This document shows, piece by piece, positions 1-10,422 of a stretch of 64,000 nucleotides of DNA. Origin of the DNA: Candidatus Shapirobacteria bacterium (GTDB lineage Bacteria; Patescibacteriota; Microgenomatia; UBA12405); the NCBI GenBank assembly GCA_041649835.1, contig JBAZML010000001.1:38722-102721 (forward strand). Direction: 5' to 3'. Made by a program: the position numbers and the translations under genes. Each line of letters opens with the position of its first letter. Position 1 is the stretch's first letter. The notes below the pieces were generated by a model. The model had not been told where the DNA came from and ran no database searches. It was given only the letters and a program-made list of their open reading frames with translations.

Positions 1-1950
1 TCGTAATTTGTAGATAATTTGACGTTGTTTATTAATAACATCATCATATTCCACCAGTGATTTACGAATATCGAAATTATAACCTTCGACTTTGACTTGA
101 ATTTGTTCTAAAACACGGGAAACTAAGGGATGAGTTAAAGGAGTATCATCAGGCATATTGAACTTGGTCATGAGTCCCGAAATTTTTTCACCACCAAAGA
201 TACGCATTAAATCGTCGTCGAGAGCAACATAAAACTGGGAAAAACCAGGGTCTCCTTGACGACCGGAACGACCACGAAGCTGATTGTCAATCCGTCGAGA
301 TTCATGACGTTCAGTACCTATGACATATAAACCACCAAATGAAATTACTTCATCATGTTGTTCTTGCCATACTTCTGGGGTAAATTTATCACGAGGACCA
401 CCTAAAATAATATCAACACCACGACCTGCCATGTTAGTGGCTACAGTAACGGCACCCTTCATACCGGCTTTGGCAATTATTTCAGCCTCAGACTGATGAT
501 TTTTTGCATTTAGCATCTGGAAAGGAATCTTTTTATTCCGAAGCATTGAAGAGATTATTTCGTTTTTAGCAATACTGGTAGTACCTATTAATACCGGTTG
601 ACCAATTTTATGAAGTTCCTCTACCTTGGCGGCTATAGCCGCATATTTACTCCGCTGTGTTTTGAAAATTAAATCATTATCATCAGTTCTTTTAGTGTCA
701 CGATTGGTAGGAATGGTAATGACATCCAAATCGTATATTTTTTTGAATTCTTCTGCCTCGGTTGCGGCAGTACCAGTCATGCCTGCCAATTTATCATAGA
801 GTCTAAAATAATTTTGAAAGGTTATCGTAGCCCAGGTTTGAGACTCTTGTTGAACCTTAACGTTTTCCTTGGCCTCGACTGCCTGATGCAAGCCATCAGA
901 CCAACGCCGCCCCTGCATTAAACGGCCGGTAAATTCATCAACAATAATAATTTCGCCATCTTTTATAACATAATCTTTATCCTTGTGAAAAAGGGCCTCG
1001 GCCTTGATAGCATTCTCAATATAGTGAATAGTTTCAAAAGATTCTTCATATAAATTTCCGACACCTAAAACTTTTTCAACTTTACGAATACCAAATTCTG
1101 ACAAGGTAGCACTTTTTGATTTTTCATCGATTACATAGTCTGTAGGCTGTAAACCATCTGCAATTTGAGCAAATTTATAATATTTTTCGACGGGTTGATT
1201 ATTTGGGGATGAAATAATTAATGGAGTCCTGGCTTCATCAATTAAAACAAAGTCGACCTCATCAACAATGGCAAAATTATGATTTGGTCTTTGAACTTTT
1301 TGATTAAAATCCCCCACCATATGATCACGTAAATAATCGAAGCCAAATTCATTGTTAGTACCGTAAGTCACATCAGCTTGATATGCCTCACGACGGGAAA
1401 CAGGACGAAGATGGGCCAAACGATCATCAACTTTTTCGTTAGGATCAGTAAATTCTGGATCTAAAATAAAAGATTCTTCATGAATTATGGCTGAGGTAGT
1501 AATTCCAAGCATGTTTAAGGCCTTGGGGTACCAGCCGGCACCGACACGAGTCAGATAGTCATTTGGAGTAATAACATGAACTCCAAGCCCGGTAAGAGCA
1601 TTTAAATAAGCCGGGAAAAGAACTGAATGAGTTTTACCTTCTCCAGTTCGTTGTTCAGCTACAGATCCCTGATGGAGCGAGATAGCCGCCATCAACTGAA
1701 CGTCATAGGCACGTTCTCCAATAGTTCGAAAAATAGCTTCACGAACGACAGCATATGCCTCCGGCAATAAATCGTCTAATTTGGCGCCATTTTTAATTTT
1801 CTCTTTGAATTCGGTGGTCTTGGCTGACAATTGTTTGTCAGATAATTTCTTTATTTCAGGTTCGAGACTATTAATTTTAGTGACTAAGGGCTTATATCCG
1901 TTGATATGACGTCGATTATCGTCCATTAAGTTTTGAAGAAATTTGAACAT
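1..1950 (-). CDS. secA: Preprotein translocase SecA, truncated by the window start (C-terminus lies beyond position 1)
   Basis: Minus-strand ORF open to the window edge. ATG at 1950 gives [23 protein letters not shown]. The translation near position 1 contains the SecA-like ...[19 protein letters not shown]. Missing from the ORF track because it is edge-truncated. Confidence 0.88.
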   Translation of the reverse strand, partial: MFKFLQNLMDDNRRHINGYKPLVTKINSLEPEIKKLSDKQLSAKTTEFKEKIKNGAKLDDLLPEAYAVVREAIFRTIGERAYDVQLMAAISLHQGSVAEQRTGEGKTHSVLFPAYLNALTGLGVHVITPNDYLTRVGAGWYPKALNMLGITTSAIIHEESFILDPEFTDPNEKVDDRLAHLRPVSRREAYQADVTYGTNNEFGFDYLRDHMVGDFNQKVQRPNHNFAIVDEVDFVLIDEARTPLIISSPNNQPVEKYYKFAQIADGLQPTDYVIDEKSKSATLSEFGIRKVEKVLGVGNLYEESFETIHYIENAIKAEALFHKDKDYVIKDGEIIIVDEFTGRLMQGRRWSDGLHQAVEAKENVKVQQESQTWATITFQNYFRLYDKLAGMTGTAATEAEEFKKIYDLDVITIPTNRDTKRTDDNDLIFKTQRSKYAAIAAKVEELHKIGQPVLIGTTSIAKNEIISSMLRNKKIPFQMLNAKNHQSEAEIIAKAGMKGAVTVATNMAGRGVDIILGGPRDKFTPEVWQEQHDEVISFGGLYVIGTERHESRRIDNQLRGRSGRQGDPGFSQFYVALDDDLMRIFGGEKISGLMTKFNMPDDTPLTHPLVSRVLEQIQVKVEGYNFDIRKSLVEYDDVINKQRQIIYKLR

Positions 1951-2051
1951 CGATATATTTTACTATGAATAATGCTTTTTAATTGTCCATAAAAAAGCAA
2001 ACCCCCCGGCATGGAATCGATAAATCGATTATACCGGGGTGGGTGGCTCCT

Positions 2052-3317
2052 CTACAATTTAGGGGAGATTACTTTGAACCCGGTAAGGGGCCAAAGAACC
2101 TCAGGGATGTTGATGCTACCGTCTTTGGTCTGGAAATTTTCCATAATTGCCAAGACAGCGCGATCAGTAATAACGGTAGCGTTTAGGATGTGGACCAATT
2201 GATTTTGGCCATTAATTTTTACTTTGGTATTCAAACGGCGGGCTTGATAATCACCACAGTTGCTGCACGAATGAGTTTCCCGATATTTGTTTTGTCCGGG
2301 GAACCAAGTATTGGTATCGTACATACGACGATTCGGTTGAGGTAAATCACCAGTACAAGCTTTGACAACCTGGTAGCTTAGACCAAAACTTTGGAGGATT
2401 TCTTCTTCTATGGCCAACATTTCAAGACACATAGCATCGGAAATTTTAAAATCCGGAAGGGTAAAAATATTCATTTCAACTTTGTTGAAAAAATGAACTC
2501 TGAATAGCCCTTTGGTATCTTTACCATAAGTACCAGATTCACGGCGAAAACAAGGAGAAAAATTAACATATTTTATCGGAAAAATACTTTCGGGTAATAC
2601 TTCATTGGAATGGTAAGGAACAACTGAATGTTCTGATGAACTTATAAAGATAAGATCATCTTCCTGACTACTATAAGCGGCATTAAATAAATTTTTGTTA
2701 CTGGTGTAGCCACAGCCCCATTCAGTTTTTGAACGAATCATGGCTGGAGGAATCATACCCTTGAAACCTTGGGAAATTAATTTATTGAAGGAGTAAAACA
2801 TGACTGCCATTTCGAGCACAGCACCTTGGTTTTTGAAATAACCAAAACGGGCACCGGAAAGTTCACCGGCTTTTTTGACATCGAGAATATCTAATTTTTC
2901 ACCAAGATCAATGTGGTCTAAAGGTTCAAAATCAAATTCAGGTTTTTTACCAACTGTCTTCATAACCACATTATCAGAATCGTCTTTACCGACCGGAACA
3001 TCGTCAGCGGGAATGTTGGGAATTTCTTCCAAAACAGTATTTAAATTATTTTCGGCGGTATTTAATTTTTCTTCAAGAGTTTTAAGTTGTTCTTTTAAAT
3101 CTTTGCCGGCAGCGATTTGTTCATCACTGGGTTTACCTTTAATGGATTTGGAAATTTGATTTTGTTGAGCACGAAGAGTTTCAACGTCACCTAAGACCTG
3201 GCGGTAAGCCTTGTCCAAATCAATCACTTTTGACAAAACAGAAACATCTTTCTGGCGGTTTTCTAGTGCCTTTTTTATCGCTTCGGGATTGTCTCTAAGG
3301 AGATTAATGTCTATCAT
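2052..3317 (-). CDS. serS: Seryl-tRNA synthetase
   Basis: 421 aa. N-terminal MIDINLLRDNPE coiled-coil arm, then a class II aaRS core. Confidence 0.9.
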   Translation of the reverse strand: MIDINLLRDNPEAIKKALENRQKDVSVLSKVIDLDKAYRQVLGDVETLRAQQNQISKSIKGKPSDEQIAAGKDLKEQLKTLEEKLNTAENNLNTVLEEIPNIPADDVPVGKDDSDNVVMKTVGKKPEFDFEPLDHIDLGEKLDILDVKKAGELSGARFGYFKNQGAVLEMAVMFYSFNKLISQGFKGMIPPAMIRSKTEWGCGYTSNKNLFNAAYSSQEDDLIFISSSEHSVVPYHSNEVLPESIFPIKYVNFSPCFRRESGTYGKDTKGLFRVHFFNKVEMNIFTLPDFKISDAMCLEMLAIEEEILQSFGLSYQVVKACTGDLPQPNRRMYDTNTWFPGQNKYRETHSCSNCGDYQARRLNTKVKINGQNQLVHILNATVITDRAVLAIMENFQTKDGSINIPEVLWPLTGFKVISPKL

Positions 3318-3572
3318 GAGATTGGGGATATTTTAGCACATATATTTTCATTTTTCTCCGCAATTTTATCCGTAACAATATGTATCATTCTGTATCTTAC
3401 ATATTCAATATGTCAGAGTAAATAAAAATTTTAACCTATTCTTAGGGTAAAATATTAGTATATATTTTTTATTTATAATTTATGAATATAGACTTATAGT
3501 TTAATTTCTGGGGATATTTTCCGCATGAAACTCACCTACTTTTCCTTAAAAATATGAGATAAAAAACTTTTT

Positions 3573-4160
3573 TTAGAGATTAATTTGATTAGAAATCCCT
3601 TGCATTGAGGTTAGACAAATTTCGATGAATTTTTCGAGGGGAATATTTATTTTGTCAGCGTCCTGACAAAGAATTACTTCATCGCGACGAGTACCGGCGG
3701 CAAATTTTGGTTCCTTCAAAAATCTTTTTAGAACCGAAGAAACTTTTACTTCAGCTAACTTTTTACTGGGATAAATTAAGGCGACAGCGGTAATAAGTCC
3801 GGTTAGAGAATCAGCACAACGAATAGACCACTCGGCTTTGTTTTTCGGAACAATACCAGTTTGATCGGCATGAGCTTTTACTAGGTGGTCGACTGTGTTG
3901 GAAATTTCCAAATGATATTTGGCTAAGACTTCACGAGTTTTGTTTGGGTGTTTATCCTTGGTATCACCGGCATAATCGATATCATGGACTAAACCCGCCA
4001 AGGTCCATTCTTCCCGAGCTGGCTCCCCTGCTTCTAATTGATTTTGAGATTTTAGGTAGTCGTAAATTCCCCCTAAACAAGCTTCGAGAGCAAGAGAGTG
4101 AAACAGAATGTTGGTTTCTAAATTTGATTTGACGGCTTCGTAATAGGGTTGTCTATCCAT
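3573..4160 (-). CDS. HD-domain phosphohydrolase
   Basis: 195 aa with an HD signature (LVHDIDY...). Confidence 0.55.
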   Translation of the reverse strand: MDRQPYYEAVKSNLETNILFHSLALEACLGGIYDYLKSQNQLEAGEPAREEWTLAGLVHDIDYAGDTKDKHPNKTREVLAKYHLEISNTVDHLVKAHADQTGIVPKNKAEWSIRCADSLTGLITAVALIYPSKKLAEVKVSSVLKRFLKEPKFAAGTRRDEVILCQDADKINIPLEKFIEICLTSMQGISNQINL

Positions 4161-4163
4161 AAC

Positions 4164-5666
4164 TTATTTTAGATTGTACGTTTTTTTAGTTTCCTCACTA
4201 AGCTCAAATTTTACCTGAGGAAAAAGTGTCCCTTCGCGGGCGGTAATATCTTCTAAAAACCAAAATAGTCGTTCACTGAAACCAAAACCTGAAGTAGGTG
4301 GCATACCGTATTCCAACATTTCGACAAAATCGATATCCATCATTTGTGATTCTTCATCACCTTTTTCACGGTTTTTTTGTTGATCATTAAAACGCTCAAA
4401 CTGATCGACAGGATCATTTAATTCCGAATAGCCGTTTCCTAGTTCTGAACCAGCAATTATGCAATGAAAACGCTCAGTGAGCGTTTCATCATCGGCACGT
4501 GTTTTTGCCAAAGGCGAAGAAAATTTAGGTTCATCAACAACAAATATTGGCCCACTAATTTCCTGACGGACAATTTTCCAAAGATTATCAACAATCCGAC
4601 CCCGATTAGTTAAATCGGTAACATCAAGATGCTGTTCTTTTAATATTTTTAAAATTTTCTCTTCACTGTCATTTAAAATGTCAACGGAAAAACGTTTATT
4701 GATTAAATCACCGTAACTAATTCTTTCCCACTTATCAGCTAAATCAAAAGTGTGCTTGCCTTTGGTGAATTTTGTTTTACCATATATGTTTTTAGCTAAG
4801 TATTTGTACAAATCCTCAACTAAATCCATGTTTTTGGTGTAATCGGCGTAAGCCCAATACCACTCACCACTGTAATATTCTTGAAGATGTTCATCATCAA
4901 TACCTTCGTTTCTAAAATTTGGAGCTAAAGTATATATTTTTTCAAAACCACCACCGATTAATCTTTTTTGAAATAGTTCGGTGGAAATTCGCAAGTAGAA
5001 ATCCTGGTCTAAGGCATTGTGATGAGTCACAAAGGGTTTGGCGTCAGCACCTCCGGTAACTAATTCCAAAACCGGTGTTTCAACCTCAATAAAATTATGA
5101 TCATTTAAAAAATGTCGGGTTAATTGCCAGAATTTTGATTTACGAATAAATAAATCTTTGCGCTCAGGATTCATCACTAAATCAAGGTAGCGACGACGAA
5201 AAATAATTTCCGGATCAGTGAGACCACTCCATTTTTCCGGCAAGGATCGAATGGCTTTACATAACATTTTGATATCACCGGGAAAAACTGAAACCTCTCC
5301 TTTTATGGATTTGCTAACAACTCCATAAACCTCAATGAAATCACCAATATCAATCAATTTCAAATCAGTAACACCTATGGTTTGGGTACTGGCATCGGTG
5401 GCTGATAAATCGTCTTTTTTGATAAAAATTTGAAGTTTGCCAGACTGGTCTTGAATATGACAAAAAATTAAAGCACCATGTTCACGCCAAGAAATTACTC
5501 TTCCAGTAACATGAATTTTTTGATCTACTAGACTGTCGTATTTTTCTACAACATCAGCATTGGAATAATCTTTTTTACTTTGGGAAGGATAGGGATTAAT
5601 TCCTAACTGACGCAAAGTTTCGACTTTTTTCAATCTGATCCGTCTTATTTCGTCAAAAGTTGACAT
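4164..5666 (-). CDS. lysS: Lysyl-tRNA synthetase (class II)
   Basis: 500 aa. N-terminal OB anticodon-binding region followed by a class II catalytic core (…FRNEGIDDEHLQEY…). Confidence 0.9.
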   Translation of the reverse strand: MSTFDEIRRIRLKKVETLRQLGINPYPSQSKKDYSNADVVEKYDSLVDQKIHVTGRVISWREHGALIFCHIQDQSGKLQIFIKKDDLSATDASTQTIGVTDLKLIDIGDFIEVYGVVSKSIKGEVSVFPGDIKMLCKAIRSLPEKWSGLTDPEIIFRRRYLDLVMNPERKDLFIRKSKFWQLTRHFLNDHNFIEVETPVLELVTGGADAKPFVTHHNALDQDFYLRISTELFQKRLIGGGFEKIYTLAPNFRNEGIDDEHLQEYYSGEWYWAYADYTKNMDLVEDLYKYLAKNIYGKTKFTKGKHTFDLADKWERISYGDLINKRFSVDILNDSEEKILKILKEQHLDVTDLTNRGRIVDNLWKIVRQEISGPIFVVDEPKFSSPLAKTRADDETLTERFHCIIAGSELGNGYSELNDPVDQFERFNDQQKNREKGDEESQMMDIDFVEMLEYGMPPTSGFGFSERLFWFLEDITAREGTLFPQVKFELSEETKKTYNLK

Positions 5667-5677
5667 GACTTATTTTA

Positions 5678-6136
5678 TCAGGCAATAGCGACAATTTTGT
5701 AGGTTAATTTGCCGGCAGGAGCCTCAACATCAAATTCATCTTTAACTTTTTTACCAATCATGGCAATACCAAGTGGTGATTGAGATGAAATTTTATTGGC
5801 GGATGGATCAGCTTCAAATTCTCCAACTAGGTGGAAAACTCTTTCTGAATTACCGGATATCTTTATTTTTACTTTAGAACCAATTTGAACAATATCAGAA
5901 TTTCTGTTTTGAGTAATTATTTCAAAGTTTTCTAAAACTTCTTCGATTGAAGAAACTTTGGCATTAACAACTTCGAGTTCGGCTTTAAGCTGAGAAGCTA
6001 GGCTGTCTTCACCGGATTCATCGGGTTGGGCAACTTCTTCGATTTTGGCAATGAGTTGATCAGCACGATTGTTTAGATTGGCCAATTCACTAACTAACTG
6101 TTGGTGCCCTTCTTGGGTTAGTTGATTTTTTGTCAT
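5678..6136 (-). CDS. greA: Transcription elongation factor GreA
   Basis: 152 aa. N-terminal coiled coil plus a C-terminal FKBP-like GreA domain (…GKISSQSPLGIAMIGKKVKDEFDVEAPAG…). Confidence 0.85.
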   Translation of the reverse strand: MTKNQLTQEGHQQLVSELANLNNRADQLIAKIEEVAQPDESGEDSLASQLKAELEVVNAKVSSIEEVLENFEIITQNRNSDIVQIGSKVKIKISGNSERVFHLVGEFEADPSANKISSQSPLGIAMIGKKVKDEFDVEAPAGKLTYKIVAIA

Positions 6137-6152
6137 ATTGTTTAATTAATAT

Positions 6153-6170
6153 ATTCCGATAAATCGGAAT
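6153..6170. promoter_or_regulatory. Perfect 18-bp palindrome ATTCCGATAAATCGGAAT immediately upstream of the greA start
   Basis: Read directly. Centred 25 nt upstream of the greA ATG (6134..6136, minus strand). A candidate operator. Confidence 0.3.
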
Positions 6171-6225
6171 TGTTTCTTTAAATAACATTTTTTATTTTTA
6201 TTAAGAAATGTTTACCAAAGAAACT

Positions 6226-6260
6226 AAAAAAAATCCCTCGATGCCTAAAGGCATAGGAGG
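6226..6260 (-). terminator. Orphan intrinsic-terminator-like element on the minus strand (hairpin + U8)
   Basis: The minus-strand RNA would read CCUCCUAUGCCUUUAGGCAUCGAGGGA followed by UUUUUUUU. It lies in the greA/sortase divergent intergenic region, with no minus-strand gene ending here. Confidence 0.3.
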
Positions 6261-6335
6261 AAATAGTCTGTAACAAAGTAAGCTTATGTTACAGGTCCTT
6301 ATGGTAAACTAGATGATAAATTTTGTCAAATTAAA

Positions 6336-7034
6336 GTGCTAAATTTTTTTAGAGTAATTCCAAAAAGTCGCAAGGTTAGGATAAATAATTCAGCAGGATT
6401 AATTTTTTTTAATCCACCAAAATACCGAAAAATAATTTTTTATGTAGCCAATATGTTGTTTTTTGGGGCTATATTTTATGGTCTTTATTTATATAGTCCC
6501 TTATTATCGGCTATTTATAAGTATAAATATACAAAAACAGAGGAAATAATAATACCAATTATTACTAATACTGAAGAAAAAGTTATTGAAACTAACGAGT
6601 ATATTATTAATATTCCAAAAATTCTGGCAACAGCTCCGGTGATTGAAAATGTTTCCCCTTTTGATCAAGCCGAATATGATAGAGTTTTAAAAAATAATGT
6701 TGTTGCTCAGGCAAAAGGAACCAGTGTCCCGGGGAGTGGTAAAGGAAAATCAACATATATTTTTGCGCATTCGACTAATAACGCAATCGGAATGTTAAGA
6801 AATAACGCTGTGTTTTATTTATTGGGAGAACTTCAAAATGATGATTTTATTTATATAAATTATCACGGAAAAAATATTAAGTACCGGGTATTTGAAAAAA
6901 AAGTTGTCTCGCCGAAAGACTTGAATTATTTAAATTATCATGATGAGAATCGAGAAGTCTTAATACTTCAAACCTGTTGGCCGATAGGTACTGATTGGAA
7001 TCGATTGTTAATTTTGGCTGAATTAGTGATATGA
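6336..7034 (+). CDS. Sortase-family transpeptidase (paralog 1)
   Basis: Has an N-terminal TM segment, catalytic His in YIFAHS, Cys in LILQTCWP (a TLxTC-type motif) and a downstream Arg (NRLLIL). The annotated start is GTG. An in-frame ATG at 6453 is an alternative start. The TGA stop overlaps the rel start (ATGA). Confidence 0.75.
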   Translation: MLNFFRVIPKSRKVRINNSAGLIFFNPPKYRKIIFYVANMLFFGAIFYGLYLYSPLLSAIYKYKYTKTEEIIIPIITNTEEKVIETNEYIINIPKILATAPVIENVSPFDQAEYDRVLKNNVVAQAKGTSVPGSGKGKSTYIFAHSTNNAIGMLRNNAVFYLLGELQNDDFIYINYHGKNIKYRVFEKKVVSPKDLNYLNYHDENREVLILQTCWPIGTDWNRLLILAELVI

Positions 7035-8479
7035 CATTAGACTTGTCTTTAGATAGAAAAGATCATGATTATTGGGAAGAACTTAGCGGTATTTTGGCAA
7101 AAAATAACTTTGATATAAAAAAAATAAAAAATGCTTATGAATTTGCGACAGAAGCCCATAAAAACCAGGTTAGAGAATCAGGGGAACCCTATATCTCACA
7201 TCCAGTGTGGATTGCAAAATTAATTGCTCAAATGGAGATTGGTGAAGCGGCGGTAATCGCTTCTTTATTGCATGATTGTGTCGAGGACACACCGGTAACA
7301 ATTGATGATATCGCGAGTAAGTTTGGTGATGAAATTGCTCTTTTGGTTTCAGGTCTGACTGAAGTAAAGAAAAAAACCAGTGGAATTGAAGTTCACCAAA
7401 CAAATGTGGAGGTTTTTAGACGTTTCTTGTTTTCCTCGGTTGATGATGTTCGAGTATTGATAATTCGTTTGGCCGACAAACTTCACAATGGATTAACAAT
7501 TGATGGTTTAAACCGCGAAAACCAAATTAAATATGCTAAAAGAGTTTTGGGAATATATGCACCTATTGCTGATTATGTTGGTTTACATTATTTCAAAAAA
7601 AGACTTGACGATATCGCTTTTAAAATTCTTTATCCAAAAGAGGCCGAGAATTTAGAAAAATTGTTGAAAGAACAGGAAAAAGATGAAATAAAAGCTTTAG
7701 CCATGGTAAGAACAGACATCGAACAAGTTTTAAAGATTAATAACATCAATAAGGTTGATGTACAGGGAAGAATTAAGAGTCTATACAGTACATATATTAA
7801 ACTAAAGAAGAAAGGTGAAGGAGGTGTTAAAGACCGGGTAGGAATCAGAATTTTAGCTAATTCAGTAGCAGATTGTTACAATATTTTGGGCTTACTTCAT
7901 GCCAGATACGAATACCTACCACATGAATTTGATGATTATATTTCCAGTCCAAAGCCCAACGGTTACCGATCAATTCAAACAACACTTAATTGGAAAGACA
8001 AAATAACTGTTGAAGTACAAATTAGAACATATGGAATGCATGAATTTAATGAATTTGGACCGGCATCACACATTGCTTATAAAATGAGCACTGATAACAA
8101 GGGCGGGGCGGGTTTCGAATGGGTTAGAGATTTAATTAATTGGCAAAAAGGTGATGGTAATGTCAATAATTATCGAATTAATGTATTGAGTAAATTTGTT
8201 TATGTTTTCACTCCAAAAGGTGACACCATTCAGCTACCGAAGGGGGCAACAGCCCTTGACTTCGCCTATAGAATCCATACGGATATCGGAGATCGTTGTG
8301 CCGGGGCTAAAATTAACAATAAAATGGTTAAAATCAGTCAGGAATTAAAAACCGGCGATATTATCGATATTTTAATCAATAAAAAAATAAACGTGAATAA
8401 AAATTGGTTGGATGTAGCAACAACAAGCTTTGCCAGAGAACATATCCGAAAAATGACACTTGAAACGTATAAAAATTAG
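7031..8479 (+). CDS. rel: Small RelA/SpoT-family (p)ppGpp synthetase/hydrolase
   Basis: HD hydrolase motif (HDCVEDT), synthetase-domain motifs (…RSIQTTLNW…VEVQIRTYGMHEF…) and a TGS domain (VYVFTPKGDTIQLPKGATALDFAY). Confidence 0.85.
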   Translation: MTLDLSLDRKDHDYWEELSGILAKNNFDIKKIKNAYEFATEAHKNQVRESGEPYISHPVWIAKLIAQMEIGEAAVIASLLHDCVEDTPVTIDDIASKFGDEIALLVSGLTEVKKKTSGIEVHQTNVEVFRRFLFSSVDDVRVLIIRLADKLHNGLTIDGLNRENQIKYAKRVLGIYAPIADYVGLHYFKKRLDDIAFKILYPKEAENLEKLLKEQEKDEIKALAMVRTDIEQVLKINNINKVDVQGRIKSLYSTYIKLKKKGEGGVKDRVGIRILANSVADCYNILGLLHARYEYLPHEFDDYISSPKPNGYRSIQTTLNWKDKITVEVQIRTYGMHEFNEFGPASHIAYKMSTDNKGGAGFEWVRDLINWQKGDGNVNNYRINVLSKFVYVFTPKGDTIQLPKGATALDFAYRIHTDIGDRCAGAKINNKMVKISQELKTGDIIDILINKKINVNKNWLDVATTSFAREHIRKMTLETYKN

Positions 8480-9177
8480 ACTGATTTTTCCGGATAAAAT
8501 TTTGGATTGACTGAACTAAAGACATAGCGACAAAAGGTGGGAATATCTTTGTTCCAACCACGAGAAGAATGATAATTTGGACAATCATAAAAAAATTTAT
8601 ATTTTACTTTTGCTTGATTTAATTTAAAACTTATTAGTTGATCTTCGGGAAGAGTAGATTTTTCTAAAATAAAACCATTTATTTTCTTTAAGATGCTCCG
8701 ACGAAAGGCCATATTGGGACCAACGAGTAGTCTAAATCCCCTAATTATAGGAAAAAATACTCCACCAACAGGAAAAGCAATTCTCATTAATACTTTTGCA
8801 AAAATACCTCCATCCCATGAGAGCCAATTGCCGCCACAAGCCATAAGAGATTGGTCATCGAAATGAGCGGTTAAATTTTTCAGCCAGTCAACAGGGAAAC
8901 GAGCATCGGCATCTGTGCGAACAATAATGTCACCAGTGCTTTCACGCCAAGCTTTTTCAACGGTGGGAATAATTCCTTTTTGAGGTTGATGAATAATTCT
9001 CAGAGGTAAAACATTTTGGAACTTTTTAACAATTTTCACAGTGGAATCGGTAGAGGCATTGTCACATACAATAACTTCATCAGGGTGCAGGTTTTGTTTT
9101 GACAGGCTTATTAGACAATCTTCAATATATTTCTCTTCATTAAAACAAGGGATAATGACCGAAATTTTTAACTTCAT
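8476..9177 (-). CDS. Family 2 glycosyltransferase
   Basis: ISVIIPCFNEEKYIEDCL…DAD motifs typical of GT2. Confidence 0.7.
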   Translation of the reverse strand: MKLKISVIIPCFNEEKYIEDCLISLSKQNLHPDEVIVCDNASTDSTVKIVKKFQNVLPLRIIHQPQKGIIPTVEKAWRESTGDIIVRTDADARFPVDWLKNLTAHFDDQSLMACGGNWLSWDGGIFAKVLMRIAFPVGGVFFPIIRGFRLLVGPNMAFRRSILKKINGFILEKSTLPEDQLISFKLNQAKVKYKFFYDCPNYHSSRGWNKDIPTFCRYVFSSVNPKFYPEKSV

Positions 9178-9180
9178 AGG

Positions 9181-10422
9181 TTATTTTAAACTATTCTTCA
9201 TTAGTTCTTGACGATATTTATTGGCAAAACGATGTGCTTCATCGCGAAGCCTTTCCAACAAAAGTAGGGCTTGAGAGTTTTGAGGTAAATTAATTTCTAC
9301 CCAAGTATTCGAATTTCTAATAACAATAGTCTCAATTCTTTTAGCCAAACCAATGAGAGGTAAATCAGTAATTGAAGATATAGATGAAACTTGTGGCTTA
9401 CCACCATCGACAACAATTAAATCAGGAGTCCCCCATTCGGGGTGCTGGAGACGACGATAAATAACTTCTTTCATCATAAATTGATCATCAGGAGTGGCTT
9501 TGAAACGAATTCTAAATTTTCTATAGGCACTATTATCAAGTCCATCATTTTGCCATACAACCATTGAGCCAACAAAATATTTAGTACCCATTTGAGAAAT
9601 ATCGTAACATTCGATTCGATGAATATTTTTTATATTTAAATATGGTTTAAGGGTAGTTTCCAAGCTTTCGATGGCCTGACTCTGCTTGTCTTCCGGTAAG
9701 TTTATATCTGCATACATATTCTTCAAATTGTGCCACCCGGAAACAATATAGTCTAATGAGTCAATTTGGTTTTTTAAAATTAATGCCTTCTCAAAATTTT
9801 CAGACTTTGAAGCAAGTTTCATTTCTTTTTTTAAAGAAGAGAGAAGTGAATTAAAGTGACCATTCAGAATTTTTTTAATTTTTATTATATTTTGATGATA
9901 GGGTTTTGAATCCGGACTTAGACCTGGACAGAGACCTAGGTGACAAAAAAGGCAATCACCCTTGGGGTGAGTTTCTTTGCTCCTAAAAGGAAAAAGACGA
10001 CGGATAGTTTTTAAAAGAGATTTGACAGAAGTGGCATCTGGAAAAGGACCAAAAATATCAGCGTGTGATGGCAAATTACTGGAGTGTGCCGTAAAAACAA
10101 TAGGGATTTTTGATTTTGAAATACAGATGTATAAATATGATTTGTTATCCCTAAGTTGAGAATTATATTTGGGATGATATTTTTTAATTAGGGATGATTC
10201 CAAAATGAGAGCTTCAATTTCTGAACCGACGATTCGGGTTTCAATTGAATCGATTTGAGAAACCAGGGTCTTTGTTTTTGGACCAAGAGCATCATCGCGT
10301 TGAAAATATTGAGTAACTCTTTTTTTTAAATTAATGGCTTTGCCAACGTAAATTATTTCACCAATAGAATTGCGGTAGAGATAACATCCCGGATTTTCAG
10401 GAAGAATTTTTAGATCGATCAT
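9181..10422 (-). CDS. uvrC: Excinuclease ABC subunit C (short form)
   Basis: N-terminal GIY-YIG (GCYLYRN…IIYVGKAINLKKR). C-terminal UvrC RNase-H-like endonuclease domain (ECYDISQ…YRKFRI). At 413 aa it apparently lacks the C-terminal HhH region. Confidence 0.8.
   Translation of the reverse strand: MIDLKILPENPGCYLYRNSIGEIIYVGKAINLKKRVTQYFQRDDALGPKTKTLVSQIDSIETRIVGSEIEALILESSLIKKYHPKYNSQLRDNKSYLYICISKSKIPIVFTAHSSNLPSHADIFGPFPDATSVKSLLKTIRRLFPFRSKETHPKGDCLFCHLGLCPGLSPDSKPYHQNIIKIKKILNGHFNSLLSSLKKEMKLASKSENFEKALILKNQIDSLDYIVSGWHNLKNMYADINLPEDKQSQAIESLETTLKPYLNIKNIHRIECYDISQMGTKYFVGSMVVWQNDGLDNSAYRKFRIRFKATPDDQFMMKEVIYRRLQHPEWGTPDLIVVDGGKPQVSSISSITDLPLIGLAKRIETIVIRNSNTWVEINLPQNSQALLLLERLRDEAHRFANKYRQELMKNSLK

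Noticed and set aside
2875-3159. Multiple 60-150-aa ORFs embedded in or antisense to large conserved genes (for example 2875..3159, 7170..7403, 10993..11322, 16668..16966, 17444..17911, 19265..19806, 61194..62795)
   Set aside because: They lie entirely inside strongly supported housekeeping or adhesin CDSs on the opposite strand or in another frame. No independent support.
3318-3572. Duplicated 12-mer TGGGGATATTTT (about 3322 and about 3506) in the serS upstream region
   Set aside because: It has only two copies in an AT-rich promoter region. It could be chance or a -35-proximal element. It is too weak to call as a feature.
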